Assembly: GCA_052426225.1 (NCBI GenBank)
Contig: JBNJNM010000011.1
Span: 310,001-374,000, forward strand
DNA: 64,000 nucleotides
Direction of reading: 5' to 3'
Source: Zancudomyces culisetae HAW-14-8
Taxonomy: Eukaryota; Fungi; Kickxellomycota
Position numbers and translations under genes: made by a program. Each line of letters starts with the position of its first letter. Within the stretch, counting starts at the first letter, position 1. Below are positions 11,701 through 20,422 of this stretch, in pieces. The notes beneath the pieces are model-generated. The model ran no database searches, had not been told where the DNA came from, and worked only from the letters and a program-made list of their open reading frames with translations.

Positions 11701-13516
11701 TGGGAAAGGTAAAGGTAAAGAGGAGGAGAATGAAGAAATTGTAAATGATGGACACGAATTAAGAGAAGCAAGTATGGTTAGTTATGAGTTTGAGGGTTGT
11801 GATAAGCAAGAAATTGTAGACCAGCTGGGGCTTGTGGAGATCCAGTCTATTCCACTGCAGCACGTGAACAATGCAATAAAGTTGATGTTGGAATACAACT
11901 ACTTTAATGGTAAAGTTAGTAACGAAAAGAGCAAAAAATCAACGGATAAAGACGGATTGGAGGAGAAGCTGATAGTTTGGACAAGTGCAAAGCTGATTAC
12001 GCAAAACAGTGGCGGAATTAAAAATGTGTATTTTGGACAGACAAACAAAAGAATATCGGTATTTGCAATTAAACAAGCCAAGTATGAGGTGCTTGAGGCA
12101 CAGGTCAAGAGGCAGGCTTATGGTAGTGTGAAGCGGATGGTGGGGTTGATGGATGTGGAACCAAACGGGTATTTAGAACTGATCGATGAGATTGAGTACA
12201 GAAAGATTGAGCGGATAGATGTGGGGCCAAATCGGCAGTATTTGGCGATCCACTTCAAGTTGGCAGATGGTATATCCGAGCTTTCTTTGAAGTCGGGCGG
12301 TGAAAGAGAGTCAATGGTGTTTATTTTTGGGGATAGATTGGTAACAAGTGATATAGTAGACAATATAGTAGTTCTACAAAGCCAACACATGATTTCAAAC
12401 AAAAAAATAAAAATAAACCACGATGTGGAGTGGAGTATGCAGAATATTAAGCATGAGGTACTGATTCCGACGAGTCGAGATGTTGACTATTCCGATTTGG
12501 TGATTGACAAGGTGACATTTGATTTCCTAAAGCTATATCTAAAATGCGGGTTGGTAGATTGCAGCAGCGATGATGGTAACGGATTTAATCCGAATGTAAC
12601 ACTACTCGCAACCGCACACGGACAGGTTTATCTGGTTGGTGAATGCAACGAAGTGTGGCCGCTGCGGATTTCAGATTATGCATCTAGTACTGCGATTGCA
12701 GCGTGTCGGGCAGGATATAAAGTGTACGAACCGCCGACAATAGTGACATCGGATATTGAGAGCTATGATCCATACACGATTGCGAAAAAGATAGGCAGTC
12801 GCAACACGCTTGGTAGCCCACTCAAAAGCGTAGCTGGACGACTCTTGACATCATCATCAACACCATTTTCTTCTTTTTTACCATTAACAACGTCACAACC
12901 ACAATCACAACCACAATCACAATTACAATCACAATCACAGTTACCATTTTCAAAGTTGGCATCAGCCCAACAAGCAGTGCCCACGAGTTCCCAGTCTTTA
13001 CCAGTACCAGATGCGGATTTAAATGTAAATACTAATACTAGTGATAGCGCTAATGCTAATACTAGTACTGGTACTAATGAAGTTTCTGTACCCAAACAGT
13101 ACGACATGATTTATGTGCACCTGCCTAAGATTTCAAGTATTGAGGTATATCAATTCCCATTTCTGCTTTGGCCATCCATGGCAGCCAAAACCATTACTCC
13201 CACTCTCACTTCCACTCTCACTTCCACTTCTACACCCACAACTACAACAACTACGACTTCTACACCCACAACTACAACAACTACGACTTCTACACCCACA
13301 ACAACAAATACTGCTACTACAGCCAAAACCACTGCTTTGAAGAAAAAAGCGTATATCTGGAGCAATAAGGAATTTGCTCAGAGTGGCAAAAAGCCTGTGG
13401 TTGAATTTTATAGTGGGCTGATTAGGTTGAATGAAAAGTATGTGGTGATGTTTGAACATGAAACCAGTATTAGAGAGTTTGTGGAGTATTGTAAACTATT
13501 TTGCCATGATTGCTAA
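8747..13516 (+). CDS. divergent LRR protein, STK11IP/nischarin-like (LRR region, CxxC..CxxC zinc ribbon, C-terminal PH-like region)
   Basis: Intronless 1589-aa ORF. LRR-like motifs FKNLEYLLL, VDVSFNNIELL, ARFNRLEEI, LEYLNIQNN. ELREKLETIKREMGSRWL motif; CLRC...CSEC. Confidence 0.6.
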   Translation: MKRDTGDAKMEGGISELRKITAELQQENIKTNYQIAEILGTSLCDSQQSGKEAEDDNTKGDNGTNLHGNFTFERITEYKRRIFDDFAANTSGFSRKSNDGVMKSYEEDVHALDVLYKDRICSIGNRLVTRGYDESKLLLSAKSDILRVERHILKQAKEKSRDNGKCTELMEENKRVLEDLDIVWNNKVCGLVLRMSELETMEKIYSSKLEAAGNNGKIEKRGGIRYLWDIIMYPFGSYNQKGVSRSIMDIDGVDKQSESEIIEGMYEIIKGVKNLVIVETRNEPGIANQSAGQGMSNELDILRHFKNLEYLLLENVEISRLKGIDEVLGRKDKNPKSLVIRTYSENQEHMVRRYLAKANIEGLMLLDVNVDVRSEIMQLRKERMGAYFGIPKLSMQFCGIKMYKASLTHELSVVPNTVSDSGTKGMLAVTVTDSILTHVTEVAQEVDVSFNNIELLELDPRSKTRKIIARFNRLEEITVNGSLMEKNSALEYLNIQNNQDVVIHVESLVKAIKRMKRIKEIYIDENKRDIEATRGDKGVCDRNWKHKIYEVVEGIKINGQRFKGSMQSQMVSSKIKAKSRPKVASKSKTKLGKQLVPKNLQIEKNKELGGRGSIEEHSKTDSNSGRGEAKRVETQELDMGRELREKLETIKREMGSRWLQVYIKPRDGDGKDTISEGEGGCSGEGLETKIPEYIFPELANRRVYQGYEELMSTPKNEGSEVREGEEQKTDPGIEMEELEECNASTTVEVDVEQRADSQNEEIEKKTKYSVTEYYLVDLISESRKKEIGQIELSSSATVEYNDGFIRLYEEYEGKERRLIKEIDCRQIKRVKRMIENGRHGILMEYKSVREKSGTEFDGNGNSGTGEVKSSRNTNKWIAVHSSDNIDNSEWVSELGEGKEDDEKYVKKCLRCGNIAVKSQDDGVVFFKILDNSKYVEVEHSDQCSECQGDYLIIQATKEYYSNIDIFQQPADTNRNEEENKKGERNGKGKGKEEENEEIVNDGHELREASMVSYEFEGCDKQEIVDQLGLVEIQSIPLQHVNNAIKLMLEYNYFNGKVSNEKSKKSTDKDGLEEKLIVWTSAKLITQNSGGIKNVYFGQTNKRISVFAIKQAKYEVLEAQVKRQAYGSVKRMVGLMDVEPNGYLELIDEIEYRKIERIDVGPNRQYLAIHFKLADGISELSLKSGGERESMVFIFGDRLVTSDIVDNIVVLQSQHMISNKKIKINHDVEWSMQNIKHEVLIPTSRDVDYSDLVIDKVTFDFLKLYLKCGLVDCSSDDGNGFNPNVTLLATAHGQVYLVGECNEVWPLRISDYASSTAIAACRAGYKVYEPPTIVTSDIESYDPYTIAKKIGSRNTLGSPLKSVAGRLLTSSSTPFSSFLPLTTSQPQSQPQSQLQSQSQLPFSKLASAQQAVPTSSQSLPVPDADLNVNTNTSDSANANTSTGTNEVSVPKQYDMIYVHLPKISSIEVYQFPFLLWPSMAAKTITPTLTSTLTSTSTPTTTTTTTSTPTTTTTTTSTPTTTNTATTAKTTALKKKAYIWSNKEFAQSGKKPVVEFYSGLIRLNEKYVVMFEHETSIREFVEYCKLFCHDC
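13225..13305 (+). repeat. 24-bp coding tandem repeat (TSTPTTTT)
   Basis: acttctacacccacaactacaacaactacg-type unit repeated about three times. Confidence 0.75.
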
Positions 13517-13555
13517 ATGTACTAAAAAATAAATAAGAAAGATGTAAAATATAAG

Positions 13556-13647
13556 AGTGAATGACTGAGTTAGTGAGTGAGTGAGTGAATGAATGAATGG
13601 ATGAATGGATGAATGGATGAATGGATGAATGGATGAATGGATGAATG
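13556..13647. repeat. (GAGT)/(GAAT)/(GGATGAAT)n microsatellite
   Basis: Tandem gaatggat units directly downstream of the LRR gene stop. Confidence 0.9.
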
Positions 13648-14056
13648 AGGATGCGAGACGTAAAGATACATTGCATTTTTTGTACTAGTATGAAAATGGA
13701 TTGAGTGAGTACACATTTATATGTTGATGCTTTCTGTATATTTAGGCATATACATATACATATATATTAACATGTTTATGTGTTAAATATGCCGATTTTC
13801 TTGTCTTTTTGTTGTTGAAAATAAAATAAATAAAAAAGTAAATAAAACGAAAGCACTAAAATGGTAGAAATTAATTCGTGATTTAAATTGGACAACTAGA
13901 CCAAGAAATAACACATGTTTGAATTGCAAGCAAATAAATGTGTAAAATAAATGTGTAAACACTTTTAAAAACCAATTTGTAAACATACATTATAAAACTC
14001 ATAGTATATACAAGGGAAAAAAAAAACAAAAAACAAAAAACAAAAAGCAAAAAAAA

Positions 14057-15042
14057 ATGAAGAAAGGAGTAAAAATTCCAGAGCTTAACCAGGATATACA
14101 AACCCAAGCCAACCTCACAGTACTTCGTAAGCATGACCCGCGAATATGCGGCATCTTGGCACATGCCTCGTATGCTGTCGTGTATTATTTTAGTGAGGCA
14201 CAGAATGGATGGGAAAAGGCGCCGATTGAGGGTAGTTGCTTTGTAGTGTGGACTAGGTATGTTTTTTCTTTTTTTATTTATTTTTTTTTCTTTTCTTTTC
14301 TTTTCTTTTCTTTCTCCACTTTTATACATACATATATATGTATGTATTTATGTATACATATCGGGGGGAGGAGGTGTAGGATTATTGTATAGAAAATGGG
14401 TAAAACAACAGATAATTAAAATGTTTTAGAAACCAGACAGAATCTGGAATAGACAACAATCCCAGTGGCAAAGCGCAAACCAGGGTCGGAATATTTGTGT
14501 TGAACCGTATTAATCTCGACAATTATGTCGATTTTGTATTTCCAAACCAAGAGATTGATAGTGGCGAACAGGCATTTACTTTGGAAAACGATATTATAAT
14601 GTATCGGTCAACAACCAATATGGGACGGATTGTCGGACTTTGGATATATGGCGAAACCGACCGGCTCAAGATTTACGACTGCTTGTGTGGGTTGACTTGC
14701 AATAGCACCAACACCACTAGCAAAGATATAGAAGCAAAAACCGATATTCAGGATAGTGAGGAGGAGAATAGAGAACAATGTATTTATACAGCACAAGAGT
14801 TTTTCGCCCTTGTCAAAACAAAAATCCAAAACCAGCAAAGAAATAATGCAGATGCAGCTATACAGGGGAGGAGCAAACTAGAAGAGGAAAAGCGAGAGGA
14901 AAAAGAAAAAGAAAAGGAAACGGAAAAGGAAAAAGAAAAGGGAGGAGGAGTGGAAGGAGAAAAGGGAGAGGTGATAGAAAAAACAGCGCAGCAGCTGATT
15001 GGGTATTTGGCATCCAAATTCAAAACTAAAGCAGCAAAGTAG
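14057..15042 (+). CDS. DCP1: mRNA-decapping enzyme subunit 1 (EVH1 domain); exons 14057-14256, 14430-15042
   Basis: NLTVLRKHDP..ILAHASYAVVYYF...WEKAPIEG.FV and FVLNR..LDN, IMYR...IVGLWIY motifs. The gtatgt...ttag intron joins both ORFs in frame. Confidence 0.9.
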
Positions 15043-15050
15043 ATTAGAAA

Positions 15051-17084
15051 CTAGGAAAGAAGAAAGGGATGAGCCAAGGCCTGTAACGGAGTCAGTCTGG
15101 AATTCTTGTCAAAGGTAAGCATGCCCAAAAGAAAGTCAACAAGCTTTAGACGCATGTCGTATTCCAAATAATAGGTGGCACGTGCAGGGTTTGTGGCAGT
15201 AGCTGGGGAAAGAGCAAGGGACGAGTTAGGAGCAGAGGAGAAAGAGTGTGAAAAGGAAGGGGGGGTGAATGGTTTAGAAGATGAGGAGGAGGAGGATGGT
15301 GAAGATGACGATGGATAGGGGACCTTGTTAAGGATGAGATAGGCCAGAGAAGATTCGGGATTACAAGGTAAGGTGGAGGGAGTAGATGCAAAATAGGACT
15401 GGAAGGATTTTGGGGAGAGGGAAGCGAGCACAGGTTGTGGCGGGTAACCGAGGCAATTAACTATGCGAGCGACTTGGTCCTTTTGAGACGAGCCAGGAAA
15501 CAGCGGCAGACCCAAAAACAGCTCAGCAACAACACAACCAACAGACCACATATCCACAGCACAGTCGTAGCGCAGGCCCAGCAAGACTTCAGGGCTTCTG
15601 TAGAAGCGGCTTTGTATATAAGTAAATTGAGTACCGGTTTCGGTTTCAAAGCAGGCCGAGCCAAAATCAATCAACTTGATGTGGGGCGCATCGACCCGCA
15701 CCAGCACAATGTTTTCGGGCTTGATGTCGCAGTGCATGATGCGTTCGTGGCGCAAAACATCCAGCGCGCTGACCAGCTGCTGGCTCAGCACGCGCACCAG
15801 CCGCAGGGGGATACCCGCATGGTTGTTTTGCCTCAACACTTCGTACAGATTCACCGACAGCAGCTCTGTCACTATCCACAAGTGACTTCGATACATAAAA
15901 CTGTCGACTAACTGCACAATGTAGTCCTTGCCTGTCAGCCGCTTTAGCATTTCCACCTCTACCACACTCTGTCGGTAATATGCTTCTTTGTTTTTTATCA
16001 CTTTTATTGCCACTTTCCGCCCACTCTTAATTTCTCTTCCCTTCGCCACCTGTCCAAACGTTCCCTTCCCCAGTGCCTCTTCTATTTCGTACCGTCCGTC
16101 TATTTCCTCCTCAACAAACATCACATAATCGTTATTTTCATTATCATGTCCATTATTACTTACTCCCTCGCTTGGCTTTGTTAGTGCACGTCGTGGCGCC
16201 TCTTCTATCCGGTACCTAAACCGCCTCGGCTGGCATTTTCCATACATATCCAGGATCCTTACTGTCTTGCTCTCTAGCACATTCCGTACTCCTTCTGCCT
16301 CATTTTTTTGTTGTTGCCAATCCTCTTTTTCTATATGTTTTTGATATCTTTCCATTGCATGTCTTTTTCTCTTTTCTACTGTGTTTCTTTCTATCATTTT
16401 CTGTTTGTTATTATTCCCTATTCCCACATGTTGTTGTATTTGTTGTATTGGTCGTATTGGTCGTCTTGGTACATTTTCCACCTTCGTATTTCCTCTCTCC
16501 TCGTTACTCCTCGTCATCGCCATTGTTGTTGCCATTGTTGTTGCTGTTGTGGCTGGATCAATATTCACAACATGAGAGGGCTCTTCCCCTTTACTTTTAT
16601 CAACTCCAACTCCAACTCCAACTCCAACCCCAAATCCGACTCCAAATCCGGGTCCAGGACCAGTTCCAATCCTATTACTCTGTTCATTTGGATTTACGAC
16701 AACTATTGCTCGTTGGTTATCATAATATTTTACATGCTTTCCTCTGGTACTTCTACCGCCAACATCGCCCATATTGCTTATATTGCTTATATTGCTTATA
16801 TTGCCTACATTTCCTACATTTCCTAAATTGCCTAAATTGCCTACATTGCCAAAATTAATATTGCTGTCGCTGTTCCTAAACCTGTCTTCATACCTACCTT
16901 TTTCTACATTTACATTAAAGTCTACAATTGCTGGGAAAGTAACCTCTGTTCTTTCCCCTAATATTTGCATATCTCGTGCTATTCGTGGCACTCGTGGAAT
17001 GCTTCGAGGTATGTTTGTATTTACATCCCACTGGTACTCATACTCGAGTTCATCTCCAGTACTGATTTGTATATTATTTTCCAT
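15051..17084 (-). CDS. YAK1: DYRK-family dual-specificity kinase, YAK1-like
   Basis: GKGTFGQV, VAIKVIK, HCDIKPEN, DFGSAC, YIQSRFYRSPE (DYRK YxY-type loop); DH-box GHDNENNDYV. Confidence 0.85.
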   Translation of the reverse strand: MENNIQISTGDELEYEYQWDVNTNIPRSIPRVPRIARDMQILGERTEVTFPAIVDFNVNVEKGRYEDRFRNSDSNINFGNVGNLGNLGNVGNVGNISNISNISNMGDVGGRSTRGKHVKYYDNQRAIVVVNPNEQSNRIGTGPGPGFGVGFGVGVGVGVGVDKSKGEEPSHVVNIDPATTATTMATTMAMTRSNEERGNTKVENVPRRPIRPIQQIQQHVGIGNNNKQKMIERNTVEKRKRHAMERYQKHIEKEDWQQQKNEAEGVRNVLESKTVRILDMYGKCQPRRFRYRIEEAPRRALTKPSEGVSNNGHDNENNDYVMFVEEEIDGRYEIEEALGKGTFGQVAKGREIKSGRKVAIKVIKNKEAYYRQSVVEVEMLKRLTGKDYIVQLVDSFMYRSHLWIVTELLSVNLYEVLRQNNHAGIPLRLVRVLSQQLVSALDVLRHERIMHCDIKPENIVLVRVDAPHIKLIDFGSACFETETGTQFTYIQSRFYRSPEVLLGLRYDCAVDMWSVGCVVAELFLGLPLFPGSSQKDQVARIVNCLGYPPQPVLASLSPKSFQSYFASTPSTLPCNPESSLAYLILNKVPYPSSSSPSSSSSSSKPFTPPSFSHSFSSAPNSSLALSPATATNPARATYYLEYDMRLKLVDFLLGMLTFDKNSRLTPLQALAHPFLLS

Positions 17085-17567
17085 TCTTCTTTAATTCCGT
17101 TTTTTTCGTTTTTACATTGTTTTTCCATAACACTTTGTTACCGTTATTATATCAAAATATATTGCAATTAATTTATATATATATATATGAATACAGTTTA
17201 GTGTAACCTCTTTTGTTACTATAATTGAATTCTTTTCGATTACTCTTGTAGAATTTGATGTATTATTGAGTAAACTGTACTAACTAGAATATCTTTATAA
17301 AAAAAATATAGTTTTCCTTTTTATTTTTAAAAAAAATGTTAATAGTGGTAATACTAGTAGTGGGGCTGGTAATATTAGTAGCGGTAGATGTGATAAAACA
17401 AGACTGGGAATGAAAAATAATATTAGTAAAACGGCTTTTAGAACGGTTTAGGTTATTATTATTAATATTTCCATGTTAATGATAAATCTTGGTTATATTT
17501 ATTAACAATGCTTGTATCAGCATTCAATAAACTAAATATCCTCCTTATTTGTTCCTCCCAATTAATT

Positions 17568-17660
17568 CTAACCAAATCTAACCAAATCTAACCAAGCCTA
17601 ACCAAGCCTAACCCAACACAATCCAACTTGGCCCAGCTCAACCTTGCTCAACCTTGCCCA
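17568..17660. repeat. degenerate 10-bp minisatellite (CTAACCAAAT / CTAACCAAGC / CTCAACCTTG)
   Basis: 10-bp periodicity is visible across about nine units. Confidence 0.75.
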
Positions 17661-17830
17661 TTCTTTTTACATTTCTAAACTCGTTTTATTAAATTTGCAA
17701 ATTAACGTAATATCCCAAAATAAAATTATCCGTCTATTTTTTCGTAAACCTTAAAATTATAATTCTATTTATTTATAGAACTAAAACACTATCGAGTCCC
17801 GCACCAACTCCATTCATCCACATATTCCTA

Positions 17831-17911
17831 CCCTTACCTCCCTCCCTCCCCCCCACTCCCCCTCCCTCCCCCCCACTCCCCCTTCCTCCCCCCCACTCCC
17901 CCTTCCTCCCC
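17831..17911. repeat. 20-bp C-rich tandem repeat (CCCCACTCCCCCT[CT]CCTCCC), about four units
   Basis: Visible directly; the minus strand is almost pure G/A with many G runs. Confidence 0.85.
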
Positions 17912-18444
17912 GTCGTTCTCACATCCACATCCATCCATAATCCATTTTCTTTCCTCCCATTACTTTTCACTTTATAGAAAAATTATCCACATTATTCCAA
18001 TGCTTCAAATAACAAATTTATTGTTTACCTTATTGTAATACAATTGCAGTTTACAAAATCTAACACTTGAATTGCATTATTTCCCCTTTCCATTCTTATT
18101 AACTAAATAAATTTTTCATTCAAAGACACACAAATACCCATCACATCCACATCCGCATCCACACACACCCCCCTCCCTTCCCCCCTGTCCCATCGTCACC
18201 CAAATTTCATCTACTGTATTGCTCTTCAACTTCTTTAATTTTTAAATAAGCAGCTTGGTCATACTAAAATTACAAAAAACAATAACAACAACAACCACAA
18301 TTGCAACTGCAATCACAGCTATAATATAGTGTACTCTTAAATTATCATATTTCCCATCAACTACCATTAACTTAATCACTGAATAAAACGTTTCTTTTTT
18401 TTTAAAAAAAAAGAAAAAAAAAGAAAAAATAGGCTTTAAAAGGA

Positions 18445-20422
18445 TTATGAAGAGCAACAGACACGCAATTTCTCAATATCTGTAAGCAGCGAATGTGAAT
18501 GTTTGACATCTGTTGCCAATTGCGTCGCCACATCACACATTTTTAAGCACTCGGCTGGTCGTTTTAGCGCACATAGAATTGATGCCTTGATGTAGTAGTA
18601 TCGTGGTTGCTCGGCACTGATGCTAATTGCAGCTTCAATGTCCTCCAGTGCCGCATCAAATTGGTCGATGGCCTGGCGACACATAGCACGGAAATAGTAA
18701 GCCTCGTGGTTTTCGGGGTCAAGTGCAATGCTTTGAGTAAAACAGTCAATGGCGGCAAGGTAGTTTTCATTATTCTTGAGCTCCAACCCTTGGTCTAAAA
18801 TGTGGTTTGACTCGTCCAGCTTCGCAAAGGCATCCGAAGCCTTAATCTTCTTTTCGACTTGCTCCAATCTTTCTTCGCATGCAGTGCTCCTGTACTCGAC
18901 AAGTGATTTTGAATAGTAGGCGGCAGCCTCCTTGTAGCTTCCCATACTATCCTTTGCCAATCCCATACGAAAATACGCCTTGGCGATCTCCTTAAAAGTG
19001 GCTTTGTTTTCACGCCCAACATCAATTGCGCGCTGACACACCTCAACACATTTCTGATAATTCTTGAGCTCAAGATGTGTAGCTGCTAAATTGTTCAAAT
19101 ATGTCATGTTTGTTGGTACCAGCTTCGCCGCCTCGGCATAATACTCGGCTGCCTTGTGATATTGTCTACTGCCATAAAATCCATTTCCTACTTCTTTCTT
19201 TGCCTCTGCACGCTCCACCTTTGCACGCTTTTCTGCCTCCTTCTTAACATCTTCACCAACATACATTTGATCGAACATATCTTGTTTGCAATATCCGTTA
19301 TTTACACCACTTTCCGTTCTATCAGTCGAATCTTCACGTGTTGACCGTGCATTGCTTGAACTAGAATCACCCTGATCTCCTTGCTGCCTATCTTCACTGA
19401 CTTTGTCTCTTTCATTACTACCTTGACCGTTTTCACCAACAAATAAAGCGCTTGCATCCAACTCGTTGGTATTTTCACTCTTTTCCGTATTCGCCGCCGC
19501 ATCTCCCCCATTCTCTGATTTTCTCATCAGCGCAAACACCACGCTCATCAGTTGCGTGTCTCCCAAATATTCTGATATTTTTCTTGGATCGTTTTGGATT
19601 ACCACGAGCTTGTTCATGGTTTCAACATCTGATAGTAGGTGGCATAATTCGTGATCTTTTCCCACCTTTGCGATCAGATCGCCGTATTTTTTCGCTATTT
19701 TTATTACCATGGTTTGTTTAATTATTTTATTCTATACCAGAGTTCTGCAAACCGCCCCCCATATTAATCCTCCAATATGTATTTTAAACCCTAGATATTG
19801 TAAAGATATATTATCTTTTCTTTTCTTCCCTCCTCAAAAGTTATCATCCAACTCCACTCAAATACCATCACTTATCGTTACTCTATCATATAAAATAATT
19901 TTTATCTGCTACAGCTTACATTTATTAGAATGCAAGAAATCTGCTGCTTCAACAAGATTCTTTGCTCGATCATTATGTGGTTCCAATTCCAACACTGCTT
20001 CAAATGACTCCTTAGCCTCCAACATCCGGTTCATTGCATATAGTGCATCTCCACGACGCCCAAAGCCCTTTGCCCAGGTTTTATTGATAATTATACATTG
20101 GTTCGCATCATCCAGTGCTTCTTGATACCGCCCTAGACAATAATATGCTGCTGACCGGTTAGAATACAGAACGTGGTCACTTGCAGCATGCTTCAGAGCT
20201 TCTGTAAACTGCTTTATTGCCTCTTCATACCGCTTCTCTGCGTACGCTTTTTTTCCCGCCGCCCGGAATTCCTCTGCCTATGAATTTAAACAGTTGTTTT
20301 TATTATTATCACTAAAATTCATCAACTGGCATAAAGTGATAAAGTATCCATGTTATTATATTAACGATAATGCAACGAGTTTTACTTACCAGCTGTTCCG
20401 AAAAGATATGATTATTTATCAT
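18445..20422 (-). CDS. STI1: STI1/Hop-like TPR co-chaperone (TPR1-DP1-TPR2A-degenerate TPR2B, no DP2); exons 20422-20390, 20277-19920, 19694-18445
   Basis: Exon 2 reads AEEFRAAGKKAY...DHVLYSNRSAAY...WAKGFGRRG (TPR1). TPR2A: AEAKKEVGNGFY, MTYLNNLAA, AIDVGREN, IAKAYFRMG, YYSKSLVEYR. Confidence 0.8.

Noticed and set aside
17568-17612. CTAACC-containing repeats as an interstitial telomere or CRISPR-like array
   Set aside because: Unit is a degenerate 10-mer, not (TTAGGG)n, has no spacers, and the context is eukaryotic.
19709-20125. 138-aa + strand ORF
   Set aside because: Antisense to the STI1 TPR1 exon and intron.
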